A stretch of DNA of 64,000 nucleotides from Lingula anatina (Eukaryota; Animalia; Brachiopoda): the NCBI GenBank assembly GCA_051362555.1, contig CM120641.1, positions 16,740,001-16,804,000 of the forward strand. The letters run 5' to 3'. Below the pieces are notes generated by a model. The model had not been told where the DNA came from and did not search any database. It saw only the letters and a program-made list of their open reading frames with translations. This document shows, piece by piece, positions 50,403-64,000 of the stretch. Both the position numbers and the translations under genes were made by a program. How positions within the stretch are numbered: the first letter of the stretch is position 1; every line of letters starts with the position of its first letter.

Positions 50403-51230
50403 CTAATCATCGTCTTCATCGTCATCATCAGGCACAGGAGGCGGGGCGTAGCTCTGCGCAGTGCTGCCATCTACCGGTCGCACCATGGCGCTGCTGCAAT
50501 ATCTGACTGTGTGTAAAGGAACACACTCTTCTTCCATCGGGAGAGGGTGTTGATCCCCTTTTCTGTGAGAAAAAGAAATGATACGGTCACGATGTAACAT
50601 AAGCTCTACAGCAATCACGACAAGATACAGCAATCAATCCTCTACACGCCATATATTAGTAGAGTCTTACTGTAGCGCTTAAAATATTGCAATCTGTGTA
50701 TCTAAACATTTGCGGTTTTAAGTTGATTGCTTCATTACTGCACATTCAATTCCACGAAAGAAAATCTTCACATACATGTTATAGACTCTTGTATGTCTGT
50801 ATAGTTCTGAATTTTAAAATACACTTATGCAATTTTTACAATATTCTCATGTGTGTTACCTGGCGACCATTCGGAGAGCAAGGACAATCTTCTTAGAGAA
50901 ATTAAGGGGGAAATTGTCTACGCTCTGGAAATCTTGATTGGCATGCCCTTGTAATGTGGTGGCACCGGCAGAAATCTTAAATTCTGTGATGGAGTGCACC
51001 TCATCGAGCCGATCGTCAATATTGGAGTTGTCTTCCTGAAGCATTTCATCCTGTGGAACACGTTGCCTGCTTTTGCGTTTTCTCGACCTGAAGTAAAAAT
51101 TACCTTAAATTTCATGTAGCTCAAGATTTTTACGATTATTAATTCTTTTTGGTATAATTCATTAGGCTTCTTTAATGGATGCTTTGTTCTACTTTATTTC
51201 TCCGTGGAGTATTTGGTTTCAGCATAATTT

Positions 51231-51287
<57 letters not shown>

Positions 51288-54200
51288 GTAACACAGAATT
51301 AATAACGGAATAACAGAATATCATATGTTCAGTCAATCACTATGGTCGCGATAACTTATAACAATTGACAAAGTATTTGAAATATTCCAATTTTGTGACT
51401 TGTGTGGATACAAATGCCTCACCTTAAATCTTCACCAATACTGTCATCACCCTGTTCATCACTGAAAGATGAAAAAGGAAATGCCTATCTAAATAAATCA
51501 GTGCTATGACATTTCCACAGAAATTCGCCTATTGAACGAAGGTAAAAGGGGCTTCTTTTCCGACAAAGGAAAAAGTTTTACACAACGCAAATGTTGCCCA
51601 TTAAAATGAACGTTACTTTAGATACCAAAAAAGTGCAAATTTATTTGTTGAACCAAGGAAAAAATTAGTGCATAAAACAGAATTTTAAAAGGGGGAAAAG
51701 ATGAAAGGGAGCACTGAATACATAGGGACTTAGTGGGTTTACCATATGGCAATTGTAAATATACTTACAGTTGACTTTGAGACACATCTGGTCTGGGCAT
51801 TAATAAATCCTGCTGATGAGTTGCCACATCTGAAATGTAAAAAAAAAAACATATTGGAGGGCACTCCATTTTAAATGACGGAGTTTAGACAATGAGATGC
51901 AGAAATCAGACTATATTGCCAATAATGTGAGTGTTACGTAATGCATTTGACGTGAGGCTTTGTTAAACGTGATCGACCAAATACCGATTGCAGACTGTAT
52001 TAGCATGGAATAATGGCTGAAAAGTGTTAGTTAGTTTATTTTAATCAAGTTTTTCTTGACAAAAATATTTGCCCTATTGAATTGCCTAATAATGATGACA
52101 GAAACCTCACAATGAATGCGTTATAACACTTTTTAAAAAATGTTCAGTCTGTCTCTTGTAACAGAAACCTGCAACAATTGATTCATTTCAACATACGCGA
52201 GGCGCTATCAGAGCTTGATTTTTTTCAAGTGAACACTTACATGTAGATGTGCACGTAGGTTGCAGACAGTAAAAAGTTATTTTTGTAATGGGTCTTGCTG
52301 TGCTTTAAAAAAGCAAAAAAAAAAACTCCTTACTACTCAAAGTGTCTTTCTTCTTAAACAAACCTTTTAAAACGAATATTTTTCTTCGGTATAAGCTGAA
52401 AATAATATGAACATTCCTAACTTAAATTTGCCATATCTCGCACATTTTTCCGGTTTCAAAGTATTCGTGTCATGCAAATGCATGTACATAACATGATCAC
52501 GCTGGTCGGCTTTTGGAGAGTATTTTGCACCTAAACCAGCACACGAACGAAACGTAGTGCCTCGATATGAAACCAGACAACTTTTGTGTTTTTAATCTCC
52601 AAATATGAAAAAAATCAATTAAGCTAATAAATAGGCTAACGTTAAGAACGTATTATATCGTTTGTTTTATATTAATTATTATTTAAGATCATAATAATAA
52701 ACAAGTCGCATTTCGATGTACTCCATGCTATGACCTTTATATAAAAATAGCAATTTTTATGAGATTACAAATTGTATCGCATTGTTTGGTTCCATTGTCT
52801 CGCTTTCAAAAATTAGAACAGGCGCTCCAAAATCGTAAAACGAAGTTAAAAATTTTATATTGGCCGAGTTCCCCCACTGTTAAGAATACCCTCGCAGCAT
52901 TATCTGCAGTTAACCTTCCTACGATTTTCAATGTATTTTGCAATATAATTTACAATCCTCCAGATGAAGAATTTTATTAATCAAGAGTGGGGGAGGTGTG
53001 AAAATCCCCATTGGGGCCACATATAACACTATAAATACAATAGGAATCCCCTTCAAATGAAGGTAAAATAAACGTTTTTCTAAGGAATTCAGACGGATTT
53101 ACTTTTTACAACATAAAATCAATAGAACATTTCTAATATAAACTTTCAAAAAGACACCAGAGAGCAAATGAAATAAAATCAACCAGACGGTAAACACCGG
53201 CAGGCTTTGTCAATTTCACCAACTTGTTTATTTCAAACAGCGCACTTTTCGTGCATGCGCAGTCGTTTGAAACCTGTGCTACCTAAACCACTATTTACTT
53301 ACCTATCAGATTGATGACAGACTGATTCTCAATGCCCAGCTGCGCCAGACACTTCCGTTCTTCTACGAGAACGCGCGCAGTGCCGCTCACACAAAAACCC
53401 TCCACCTGTTGGCTGGCTAGCTCGCCATCCGTCCCCTTGGGATCTTCAACGACTTGCTTGAGGACATGATACAGCGTGGCGCATGTTTCCGTCTCCACGT
53501 CTCTAGTCCATGTCTTGTTCGGACTGCTCCTAGTAATGTTCAAGTTTACCTGTATGGGCTGGGATATAATTACATCGATGACCGGACACCTTGCGGTCAA
53601 GAATTTGAGAGGTAACTGTTCCCTGCCACGCACGGTCGCGTCATCAATCATCTGAAAATGAAAAGGTGAAAAAGACTAAGAAAACACACCAGCACGGTAG
53701 CAAATTTTATCTCGAACCTTGTAAAATTGAGTGCTTCAAACAGATTTGCACTAGTTTATCTTGTTTAATAATACGTTTATTTTCTTTTTTCATTTCGAGC
53801 ATTATATATGCTATACTGGTAACCTACGGAGTTATAAAAGCTCACAACATCCTCCTCATCTTTAAGCAGAAGGCAGATTTGTGTTTGATCTTTCCCAGAA
53901 GAAGTCTCCTGAAATACGATAAACAAAAATTCGTCAAACATGCAATAGCTTAGACGAAATAAGTCAGCAAAGCTGTGAAATGCAGAGACACACAACATGA
54001 AAATAACAATGGCAGTGCACAAAATGGGGTTTTGGTCAAATTTGATCTGAAATTACTTAATGCCTTACACCATAATCTCCACCAATCTTTTAATACGTAC
54101 TATAGTTAATGTGGACATTCAGAACATGTACATAGCAAAGAGTGTCAAGCCCATGGGACCTTAAAGTCGCACCTTGAAATTGCAAATATGTTTAAGAAAT

Positions 54201-57200
54201 CACAAAGACGCATAACTTAAAAAAAAAAGAAACCAAGCTTTATTTTATTCTTAATGGTTTTTATAAATTTGAGAATAAATGTAATACGTTGTGTTTACGA
54301 TGGTAATGCACAAAATTGGGACATTTTCAGTTCTGATTCACTATAATTCAACGGTTAACAGGGCAATTGCCACCCGTTTTTAATGATGTACTACCATTAA
54401 AGTGGCCATTTAGAAGTAACGAGCACAGGGCTTGTTCAAAGTCATGCCTTAAAATTGGCATTGTGGGAAAAAAATTTAAACTTCATTACATTAAGAAATA
54501 GAATCTATTCTGGCTGGTTTTCGACGGTGATGGCGACGACAGACACAGGTGAGGGTTATATATACAGACACACCGTGCCTGTACATTACGGTAATGTACC
54601 GTGAATTTTGAACGTCTCGTAAACTGCAAACGAGCTACCGTATAATGTGTTATAGTTACATGTATCTATTTATCAATATCTATTGCTATACAATAAAACA
54701 AATATAGGATATTTTGCGTGACTGACACACATTTTAAAACATGTAATAGACGACCCCGTAAGTACACAGCATCTTATTTTCAAAAAAAAAAAAATAATAA
54801 ATAAATAAAAAAATAATAATAATAATAATAAAAATAATAATAATAAAATAATAATAATAAAATAAAATAAAGAACTTATAAGTTATATACCTTTCCCTTG
54901 GTTTTTATCAGGTTCTGAACTGACTTTTCAACTTCAAGCAAGGTGGTTTCATCACAAAACACGTGGATGCTGCCAAGCTTTTCCATTGTCTTGTGAGTAA
55001 GAACTGGAACTTCCATCTGTGTAGGTATTAATATTAGGTTTCTACTAAGGCCAAGATCCCTGAAAATAAAAGCATGAGTAGTGTTTACCATTCATGACAG
55101 ATCCAATGTTCGTGTCAGGCAAGGACTGCGTGCGTCTTATTGACTTAAACCAGTTGCCATATGCTAATTTTGATTTACTATTATAAAAACTTCACTGAAA
55201 GCTTAACTTACTATGTAATTGAAGGTGAATGAATACCTGAGATGCCGGTTGCTTTGTAGCTTCTCCACTCTGTCACGTATCAAAATGAATGAGGTATCCA
55301 GGTTGCAGGAGCTATGGGTTTTAAAGTCTACCATCACTTGTTCTCTCAGGGCCGCGACGGTCTTATAAGCCTCGATATTCACTTGGAGGACCAAAGAACA
55401 CCCTGGCATTCGAAACTGAACATCGAACGTGAACATTGTTGGTTTCACGGTGACTTCTGACCCATCTGAAAATCCCTCGAACGCGATGTAAATGGTTTCG
55501 TGTAATTCGTCGAAGGAATACTTGCTCTCACACACCCCTCTCTCTTTGTGCCGGTGTACCAAGACAACGCCGTCCTCCTCCATCAGGCGCCGTGCCACCA
55601 GATCATTCTTCAGGTCAGAGAGAGTAATGGATGATTTCACGACCATTGTGCCTTGCCGGCCATCAAACGCGGTCACTTTGAGAGACATGTCCTTCTCAAT
55701 GACCACGCGTGCTGTGTAAGCGAAATTTCCTCGATATGACGAGTCACGCCGAGTCAGAATCTTAATCGCCGGGGAGCTGTCTGGACCTAGATTCAGTGCC
55801 TTTTGAACCTCACTCTTGAGATCTTGGCCTTTGAAGGTGACCAACGTGACCAGTTTAGGAGGATCAGACACTTCAATCAACCCTTTCAACAAAAGTGCCG
55901 TAAAACTCCTCTTCACGTTTGAGCGGGATTGCTCCCTGGTGACTCTCACGTCCTCTGGACTGGGAACGCCGTTCCTCGAGACGACCTCTGCAGTAACATC
56001 TGAGGAATAGCCACAGGTGAACGTCTCGGTGGTGACGTTCTCTGCGTCGACAGGATTAATTACGCTAACCTCATTAGCGATTTCTCTCACCAGGACAACA
56101 TCGCAAGACGAGTCCATCCAATCCCTGTATAGGTAAATATATAAAAAGCGCTACAAATTCATAACCACTTAATCCACTTGAAAGAGAGAAATAAATGACT
56201 GATTCTGTTCACTTAATTCCTCGATCATTTTAATTGGACACTTATGGTGTTTTCTTTTCGTCGTGGTTTCAAAGTCTAATAATACAGACTTGTCTACCAA
56301 TTAAAAAGCGTGCTTTTTGAAAACAAAACGCTGGTCCCCTACCTGTAGATGGAAGAAATGGCCTTCATTTGAAAATGATAATGAGTGACGAACTGGTCTG
56401 CGAAGTTGACTACGTAGGCTTCGATATCTCTCTCAGCAGATGGCACGGAGCCAGTGACTTGTTTCACCAGATCCAACAATGTTTGTTCTGGTCCCAGGTC
56501 GACAGTGAGGGGTTCAGACAACACTCCTGCATAATTCTGGTGGCAGACCTTAAACTGGAGATTGGAAGAGGGTAAACTATATAAGGCATATGGAACAACA
56601 TAGTGTCTTAATACAAAAACTTGAATTAGTACAATCATGCCAATACACGACATTTAGGCCTGCAGGCAACTAGATGTAACTAATTTGTTCTGCTTTCCAT
56701 TCTGAAACAAGTTCTGTTTAACAATAGATGATGGGCAGTAAGGATGAAAGAAGGAAAATTAAAGGCAATCGTTGGCTACCCACCGTATACACCAACTCTG
56801 GCGTGAAGGTGCATTCCAACAACCCATTCTCTCTTTTCTTCTTCTCGATCCCAGAATCTTCTATCTTGGACCCTTTGGAGGTGGAATAGAACATAAACCG
56901 ACGGGCCAGAGTCACCGGTCTCTCAATGGAATATTCCTCCTCGCCATTCAAAGCAAACATGCCTGCAGTATAAATAAAAATCTTTTTGAAAGGAGTTTTG
57001 TTACACTCTGTGATATCTTAATAACAAAATAAATAACATTTTTGGTATGAAAAGAAATTATGTTACCATAAGATATACAAGGATACCAGTACGTTCAACA
57101 AGGTCAGTATTACCTCAATCAATCAATTAAACAAAACAAGCAAGATATACTACTTAAATGAACATTTTGGAAAATAAACAGTTAAGCTATATGCCCCTGT

Positions 57201-59564
57201 GAGTATTTTTTTTACCTATTAAGACATCATCTATCTTGACTTCAGCACGGCATCTGTGTTTTGTTCCATTTCGTAGCTGGAGACAGTAATTATATCCACT
57301 CCCCAGTTCGACGTATTCTCCTTCTGCTGTCTTAAAATGGCGACCGCCTTCCACTTTGACTCGATAGCCATCAATTTCGAAGAAGTTTTTGGATGCAGGT
57401 TTGTACTTTGAAGGAGCTTGGTCAAAAAATATTAAATACATCAGAAACGTACATCAATTTGTTTGGATTATGAAAGAGGAATAGAAATTTGATTTAAGTT
57501 GTTTATAAAAAAGCTATAAAATCTCCCCAACATGTTTTCGTTACTCGCAAGTGCACGTATTAACTCTTACCCAAATCTTGGGCGAGCTCTTGTAAATTTT
57601 CTTTGATATTCATCAATTCTTCCACCTGTTCTTGCTGACGGTTGGCCTAAATATACAAACAGATACATCCACAAAAAATACTGTGAGTCGATCTAGTTCA
57701 AGTATCGTATCATATGAACCTTTGTAACTATTTACTCATATAACAGCCAAGATGCAAACTGCCAGCAGATGAGGATATTCTGTTTTTACTTTTTGTTAGG
57801 TACAACTATATGCACTATACTAATGGATGCATAAATCATAGCGCCCTATATGTCAAAGAAAAAAAAAACAAAATATCAAATTGTTATAAGTGACCAAACG
57901 TAGAAGCATCCTCACTTACAATTTGATCCAGTGTCACCTTCATCTCCAGCATGCTGCTAGCCTTCTGGTCCAGCTTCTGCAGCAGCTCACTCTGGTGGAC
58001 ACTTTCAGCAAACATGGCTTCAGTCAGCTGCTTTACTATCTCCTCCTTCAGCTGGTCGAGGTTTTCAACGCGGGCGGTGGCTTTGAGAATCCTAGCAATG
58101 GCATTTTGGTCGGGGAGGAGGCACTGTATGATATACAATTCTGCCACCTCCAAAACCTAGAATTGGGTTGAAACTTGTGTGGAATGATTCAATAGTGGAA
58201 TTTGATTAAAAAACAAAGATGGATGACACAATTTGTGACATGTAATAAATTATTTGGGGTGCAAACTATCATGGCCAAGGCACCAATAATTTAGTATGCT
58301 TAGACCCCATTCCCACAGATTTTGATCGATCAATCCCTGTGGGGAGTCTCACTAGGTTACTGTCAGCTTAGCCGGCTTAAGCGTCTGTTCCGCTTACTAA
58401 AAGCTGAAAGGGGGTAATTAACTGTCGTGCGCGCTCGGCTGACTGCAATTTAGCGTGAACCGCCAGGGAGTTAGGTCGACCCGGATGGATCAATCTAAAT
58501 TTCTGGGAATGCACTCTTAGGGGCCTACCTCCACAAGCTGCTCCAACAGGAAAGACTGTTCTTCGTTTTTCGCTACCAGAGAACCACCGACAATCACCTC
58601 CACATTTCTGATCACTTTCAGTAAGTCCATAGCCTCGGCTCGGAGCGTGGCGTGGGCTTTGAAGATTCCGTATACGCTGCTGATAATCCCCAGGGCAGTC
58701 TTGATATAGGGGAGCTCGTCGCCCAATCCGATCGCACCCTTTAAAATATGTTCGCCCACGTTGGTGAGACCAAATTCGTCTGCTCGCTCGAGTGCTTTGG
58801 AAAACTTATCGACTACAACCACCACCTTGAAAAAATACTTTCTTGATTAAAAGACAAATTGAAGATTTGGCATTCATGTTACTTACTAAAAGCGCCATTG
58901 AAAAGTTTATTTAATCTAATATATTAGGTTTACAAATCCGCCCTGAGTTGACAAACAGATTCTGTTTGCCCTAACTGAAGGTTGGCGTGCAAGTTTGATT
59001 CTGAATTTTAATCTTAAGATCACTGATTGAAACAATTGGGTTATACAGACTATACCTCTCTTACTTCACTTTTTAAATGCTTACTTTTTCCTGGTTTGAA
59101 ACTTCGTCGCTTGGTCTGTCCACAATATCTATGCCGTTGCCTCTGCTGAACAGTTTCATCAGCCCCGCCTGTCGCTTCAGTCGGCGGAACACCAGAGCAA
59201 GGACAGCCGCGTCTTTGGCAGATTTCCACAAGGCGACGAAGTCCTTCGTTTTCTTTTTCACGAGGCAACTTTTCATGCATTTGGTAGTCTGTCCAACCTT
59301 TTTGAAATATTCAGGGTCTCTATTTTGTTGGTTGTAATACATGTGAAGCTGGTTTTCGACAACTTTTAGTTCCCCACCCAGTATAAGCGCCATTTCAGAG
59401 AGCTCTGGAGTCAAGTTTTCTGTAGCCACGGCGTTGTACATCTTGAAAATTTGTTTGACATGCTTGAAAGGCCTTTTCATATCCCAATTATCCTCGTTTT
59501 CAATAACATCTTCTGTTTCGGGCTTTGCCTTTAGATCCCCAATGTCTGGAATGGTTGATGCCAT
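50403..59564 (-). CDS. 14-exon paralog B, ~1199 aa, apparently intact
   Basis: Exons 59085-59564, 58529-58825, 57920-58156, 57571-57646, 57216-57416, 56784-56962, 56343-56554, 55237-56124, 54891-55059, 53846-53908, 53303-53651, 51769-51829, 50860-51087 and 50403-50562. Exon lengths equal paralog A except in-frame +3 (exon 10) and +12 (exon 13), while the introns carry many indels. Confidence 0.82.
52538..53280. mobile_element. Mutator (MULE)-like non-autonomous insertion in an intron of paralog B
   Basis: 9-bp direct repeat ACCTAAACC at 52529-52537 and 53281-53289. Termini AGCACA...TGTGCT with an imperfect longer TIR. Absent from copy 1 (~34625-34640). Confidence 0.75.
58302..58517. mobile_element. 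Harbinger-like MITE next to the exon-2 donor of paralog B
   Basis: Imperfect TIRs AGACCCCATTCCCACAGATTTTGAT / ATCTAAATTTCTGGGAATGCACTCT. It replaces intron sequence present in copy 1 (~39610-39800). Confidence 0.6.
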
Positions 59565-59661
59565 CGTTGGTGTCGCTGGTGTTAAGATGGAGTACAGTTT
59601 TTGTGAGACAGGGCTTACAACGTAAAGATCCTGAAAAATAAAAGGGTAAATCACGCTACAT

Positions 59662-59705
<44 letters not shown>

Positions 59706-61470
59706 AACAGTTCACACTGTTTTATTTTTGCACAGAGAGTAAATAGGCGACAAAAAAAGTGCTGAATATTTATTCATTTTTTAAAAACGCGAAGGATGTA
59801 TCGTCTCACTCGTTCACCATACCGTTAAAGTAAAGTTACCACTTCAATCAATAAAACTTAACACCAGCTTTACTATTGTCGAATATGCTAAAATAAATGA
59901 AGAAATATATAATATGTTATATAGACGTAACGTTGTCACTTAGTGCCCACCAAGCATCGTTAGATGCTATTCTAAATTTTGTTCTTAGTCAACATTGAGA
60001 TCTATCTGCAGCGTGTGTGATAACCGTTGAAGGAGATACATGTAATTAGGCGGCAAACCAAGTAGGCGGTAAAGCCCGTCATTTCAATAGCTGAGGTTCA
60101 CCAGCAGGCGAGAGATATCAGGTGTCAACCCGCGCAATGACCCAAGGTTGAATATAATCATACATAGAAGTCAAAATTGACACTTGGAAAATAAAATTCA
60201 TACCTACAGGAAGTTGCAAACACACCCTCAGTGACCATCCATCACTCGGGCATTACATAATAACCCTAAGATACCTGGGTCCTAGGTTGTCCTTAACTCC
60301 GTTTATCTTCATGTCTGTATGTCTGATCGTCACCAGTCTGACTCAAGTTTTTTTTTTTTCGATGACATTTCCTGGATAAGTCAGAAATGGTTCAACTTAG
60401 AAGTGATAAGATTTTGGTGATGATCCATCATTAAATAATCGGTTAATCATTAGTTAATTATTTGTCTTGGTGGGGGTTAGTGCTCTCAGAACTTTTCTCG
60501 TTATAATTATTTTGAATCGGTCCCCATTTCATCACAATATTCCAATATATCTCACGAATATGTAAACTTGTTTCCTTAGTTTCATGTAGTTAATACGCCA
60601 TGTGACTTCTTACCTTATGGACACCATAAAACTTTCGAAAACCCGTTAAAAATCACTGCAGATTCAGATACTTTATTGATTAACGCCGTCACATACAAGG
60701 TACAATCAATGACAGCACATGTACTTTTAACATATCACAAACAAATAAATAAAATTATGAGATATAGATATACTGCATGCAATCGTTCACATGATAACAT
60801 AACTTAATTGCTGCTGATTTAGGACAATATTAATTAGCCCCAAATGATATCTACGTGTTTTCGGGGGCTGACGTTGGTTACTTACACCCTGTTTGCTACG
60901 GGCTCGTTCTACGACAGTTGTTCAGCTCTGCAAAAATCCAGAGCTGGTTTTTTTCTACCAGAGGCTTACAGAGTGATGACGTCAAATCTATGGATAAATT
61001 TTGGCTGGGCTGTACAGAAAAGTGCATATAAATAGCTATAGATATATATGTAAATATTTAGTGAAAAATTAATCTGAGGTCCTGGTAGAGGACAGGGGCG
61101 GATCCCGAGATTTTTTTCTGACAGTCTTCAAAATTATCTTTCTTGATCCATCCTCCATTTGACCGTCTTCTGCCAGAGAAAATTAGATGCCCGTCGATAT
61201 GTAAACTTAAAAAATTATGACCGTCTTCCAGAAGACCCAGAGAGGGCTTCCGTCCGCCCCAAGAGGGCACATGTATTTATTTCCGGATGATTGTATTTTC
61301 CCGCTTTTCGAACGGTATAGCGGGAAAATGTTGTATGGATGACATGTGCCGTTGAAAATGGGGACAAATACTGAATATCTGTGCAATAATTTGATTGGTC
61401 AAGCACTGGTTATGCTGAGTAGCTTTAAGGGGCTGGGTCACCATACTTTCTCGCTGGCGACCAAACTAAA

Positions 61471-63200
61471 GCCTTGGTCACAACCGGACGCACGAAATTT
61501 AAGAATTTACGTTCCCTGCGATTTTTTGGGCGTTGCGGAGGCCGTGGAGGTCGTAGAGGAAGCGGAAAGTCTGCTTTGCAAGTCGCAAGGGCCACATGAG
61601 GTGTCCTTTCAAGCAGGGACGCTAATTGCAAGGATAGTAGGCTTGTTAAGGACCAAAAAATGGCCAAAGGCTGCATTTTGTAGTACAAATGTCTAACTTG
61701 GCATAAATTTTCCTTGGGCCAAAAGAAAATTTTTTATCCAAAGAGACGCCCTCTATCGATACATTAATTAGCATAAATTATGCAAATTAGGTGCCAAAAT
61801 ATATAATATTTCATATTTCCATTAATATTTGGCCTAGAAACATGTATAGATTATCAAACCTGACTAAATTAGGGACAAGGAACCCATTTTTGATCATTTG
61901 GAAGCAATTGGTGGCCATTTTGTGCCTCAAATCCAAGATGGCCGCCACCCGCCATTTTGAAAGTGGACATAATTTTGCTATTTTATGTTGAATTTTGAAG
62001 CGTTTGGTCTAACTATACTTGATATATATATCGATTCTTACTATTTTGGGGGTGCAAAAGTCATTTTTGATATTGTTATGGTGATAGTAGGTGATTTGAA
62101 GGAACAAAGAGGGTGTTTTAAGTGCCTACCAAGATATGTGTGAACGCTGCAAAACCATGGATATTAATAACCCGTATTCAAATATATCTCAATGCAATTT
62201 TTTGTTATATACCATCGCTATTGGACTATATTATGAGCAAAAAAACCCCTCATTTTTACCATTATTGAGGCCATTGTGGCCGTTTTGTCCTTCAAATCCA
62301 AGATGGCCGCCAAAAACCATTTTGAAATTGGGCATAATTCGCTATTTTGAAACTATATGTATTACATCTTTGTAGATGAGTAATACGTCGTTTTATATTA
62401 TTTTCTGGTGCAGAATACATTATCTGTTTCATGAAATGTGAGTACAAACTATTTTAGCCTCCAAAATCAATATGCATGTAGGCTTAAGTTGTCAAATAGT
62501 CTAATTAGTACATGTAGTCTAATTAGTACAAAATGTTTTATTAAATCCTAAAGAGCTTGAAACAAGCGTCAAAGACCAAAATGGCTTAATTAAAGGTAAA
62601 GAATACATACTTGATGCTTTGGAGACAATTGGTAGCCATTTTGATCCTCAAATCCAAGATGGCCGCCAGTCACAATTTTGAAATACGGGTAAGGCATAAC
62701 TCATCAATTTGAAGCTATTGCTCTTACACTAGCATGTTATACATCGTTTCTTATCATTTGGGTTGTAGAAGTCGTGTCTTATCTCTTCTGAGATATAATA
62801 CAAAAAGAAAATATTACAAGGCTCCAACACCAATACAGGCTTACGTCTTCACCTTCGCTTGTATACGTCTTAAAGTCAAATTTGTGCAAAAATATGTTAT
62901 ATAACAATTATAAAATGGTTTTGCCAGACATAGATTAAGTGCAAGAGACCAGCATGGCTGTTTCGACTTTATGGTGACTACTGTTAGCTATTCTGTTCTT
63001 CATATCCAACAGCCTGTCACTATTTTCAAATTATGGCATAATTTACCTTTTTGAGCTGTTGGACTTTCATATATGATCGTAATACATCAATTGATACTAT
63101 TTTGGAAGTACGTAATTAATTTCCGGTGTTATTCTGGTGACAGAGGATAATAACAAAGGCATAAGGTGTTTTAAGATGATTCCAAGATGAATTTTCCTGT
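61471..63200. repeat. TE-derived region: Harbinger-like end at 61471 followed by an element with dispersed CAAATCCAAGATGGCCGCC units
   Basis: Starts TAA|AGCCTTGGTCACAACCGG. The motif CAAATCCAAGATGGCCGCC occurs at ~61928, ~62293 and ~62648 (about 360-bp spacing). Confidence 0.5.
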
Positions 63201-63601
63201 AGTTGTCATATACTGTAGATGTTTTGTGCTTGTTCGTCCATTGGAAACAATGAGAACTATGTAGTTGCCTTATGGATTACTATTGGTAGTGAGATGACTT
63301 GGCCAAATCATGCTAGGAATGATCACTGGCACTGTCAACTAGGAAAAGAGGCTGCTTCCTCGACTTTTTTGCTTTATCCCTCTTGCCTACCTGCGCAGCT
63401 GCTGCTTTCTAGTTGGTTTTGCAGATTCCTTCTTTTGTATAAAGATACCACTTTCCTCTGATGCGACATGTTCTCATGCATTGATGTTTCTCTGGAAACT
63501 GGATTTTTATATATTGTTTGGCTGTTTCTCATAGGACACTGACAAAACCTCAATTCTTACTGGCTGTTGTCTTATTGGCCTACCAGAGCTGATCATGCAT
63601 G

Positions 63602-63634
<33 letters not shown>

Positions 63635-64000
63635 GCTGCTGGATGATTTTGCAGACAAGATCTGGAGCTATTTTAAAGCAAAGTCCATTTGCTTGTCTTT
63701 CACGGGCATTTTCGCATCAATACAACTAACCAAGTTCTATAGTATTATAAGACGACACATTTTTCACCCTTCAAATTTTCTGGATTATATTTAGCATGCA
63801 AATGCAAGCCCCAGTGACTGGGACATAAATGTACATGTGGCTTTTTGGTTCACATTGACCAGTAAAAGATTAATAATATAATACCACTATGTATATATAT
63901 TTATTGCTTACCTTTAAATTATTCAGTATCTTTTAGTGGATGGTCACTTAAGATAAATCTAGATGATATATTTGAGCATGTGGTTCGGGTTCCACATTTT

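Larger units (their letters stand above)
46638..61470. repeat. Segmental duplication, copy 2
   Basis: Direct repeat of 29510-43231, with substitutions, indels and copy-specific TE insertions. Confidence 0.95.

Noticed and set aside
57884-57920. 34-bp deletion after exon 3 of paralog B that seemed to remove the donor and truncate the protein (…ASTFGHL*)
   Set aside because: The phase-compatible donor is ATT|GTAAGT (39250 in A, 57920 in B), upstream of the deletion and intact in both copies. The deletion is intronic.

Overview
AT-rich, intron-containing animal DNA; the gene families and repeat types suggest a marine invertebrate, probably a lophotrochozoan (inference). Positions 1-10.4 kb are nested Helentron-type (HINE-like) elements carrying a ~161-bp tandem repeat. 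Next come an intronless class A peptide-receptor-like GPCR (12936-14006, -) and an isolated FN3 ORF. A complete 4-exon gustatory-receptor-like (GRL/7TMIC) gene follows (20123-30699, -, 502 aa, reconstructed by hand), with DNA transposons in its introns. The right half is a direct segmental duplication (about 29510-43231 and 46638-61470). Each copy holds GRL exon 1 (intact in copy 1, decayed in copy 2) and an apparently intact 14-exon gene of about 1194/1199 aa. By eye, that protein combines MLKL/RPW8-like four-helix bundle(s), a coiled coil, and a beta-rich domain split by about five divergent ubiquitin-like repeats. It is the best candidate for a novel system. All domain calls are by pattern recognition; no searches were run.
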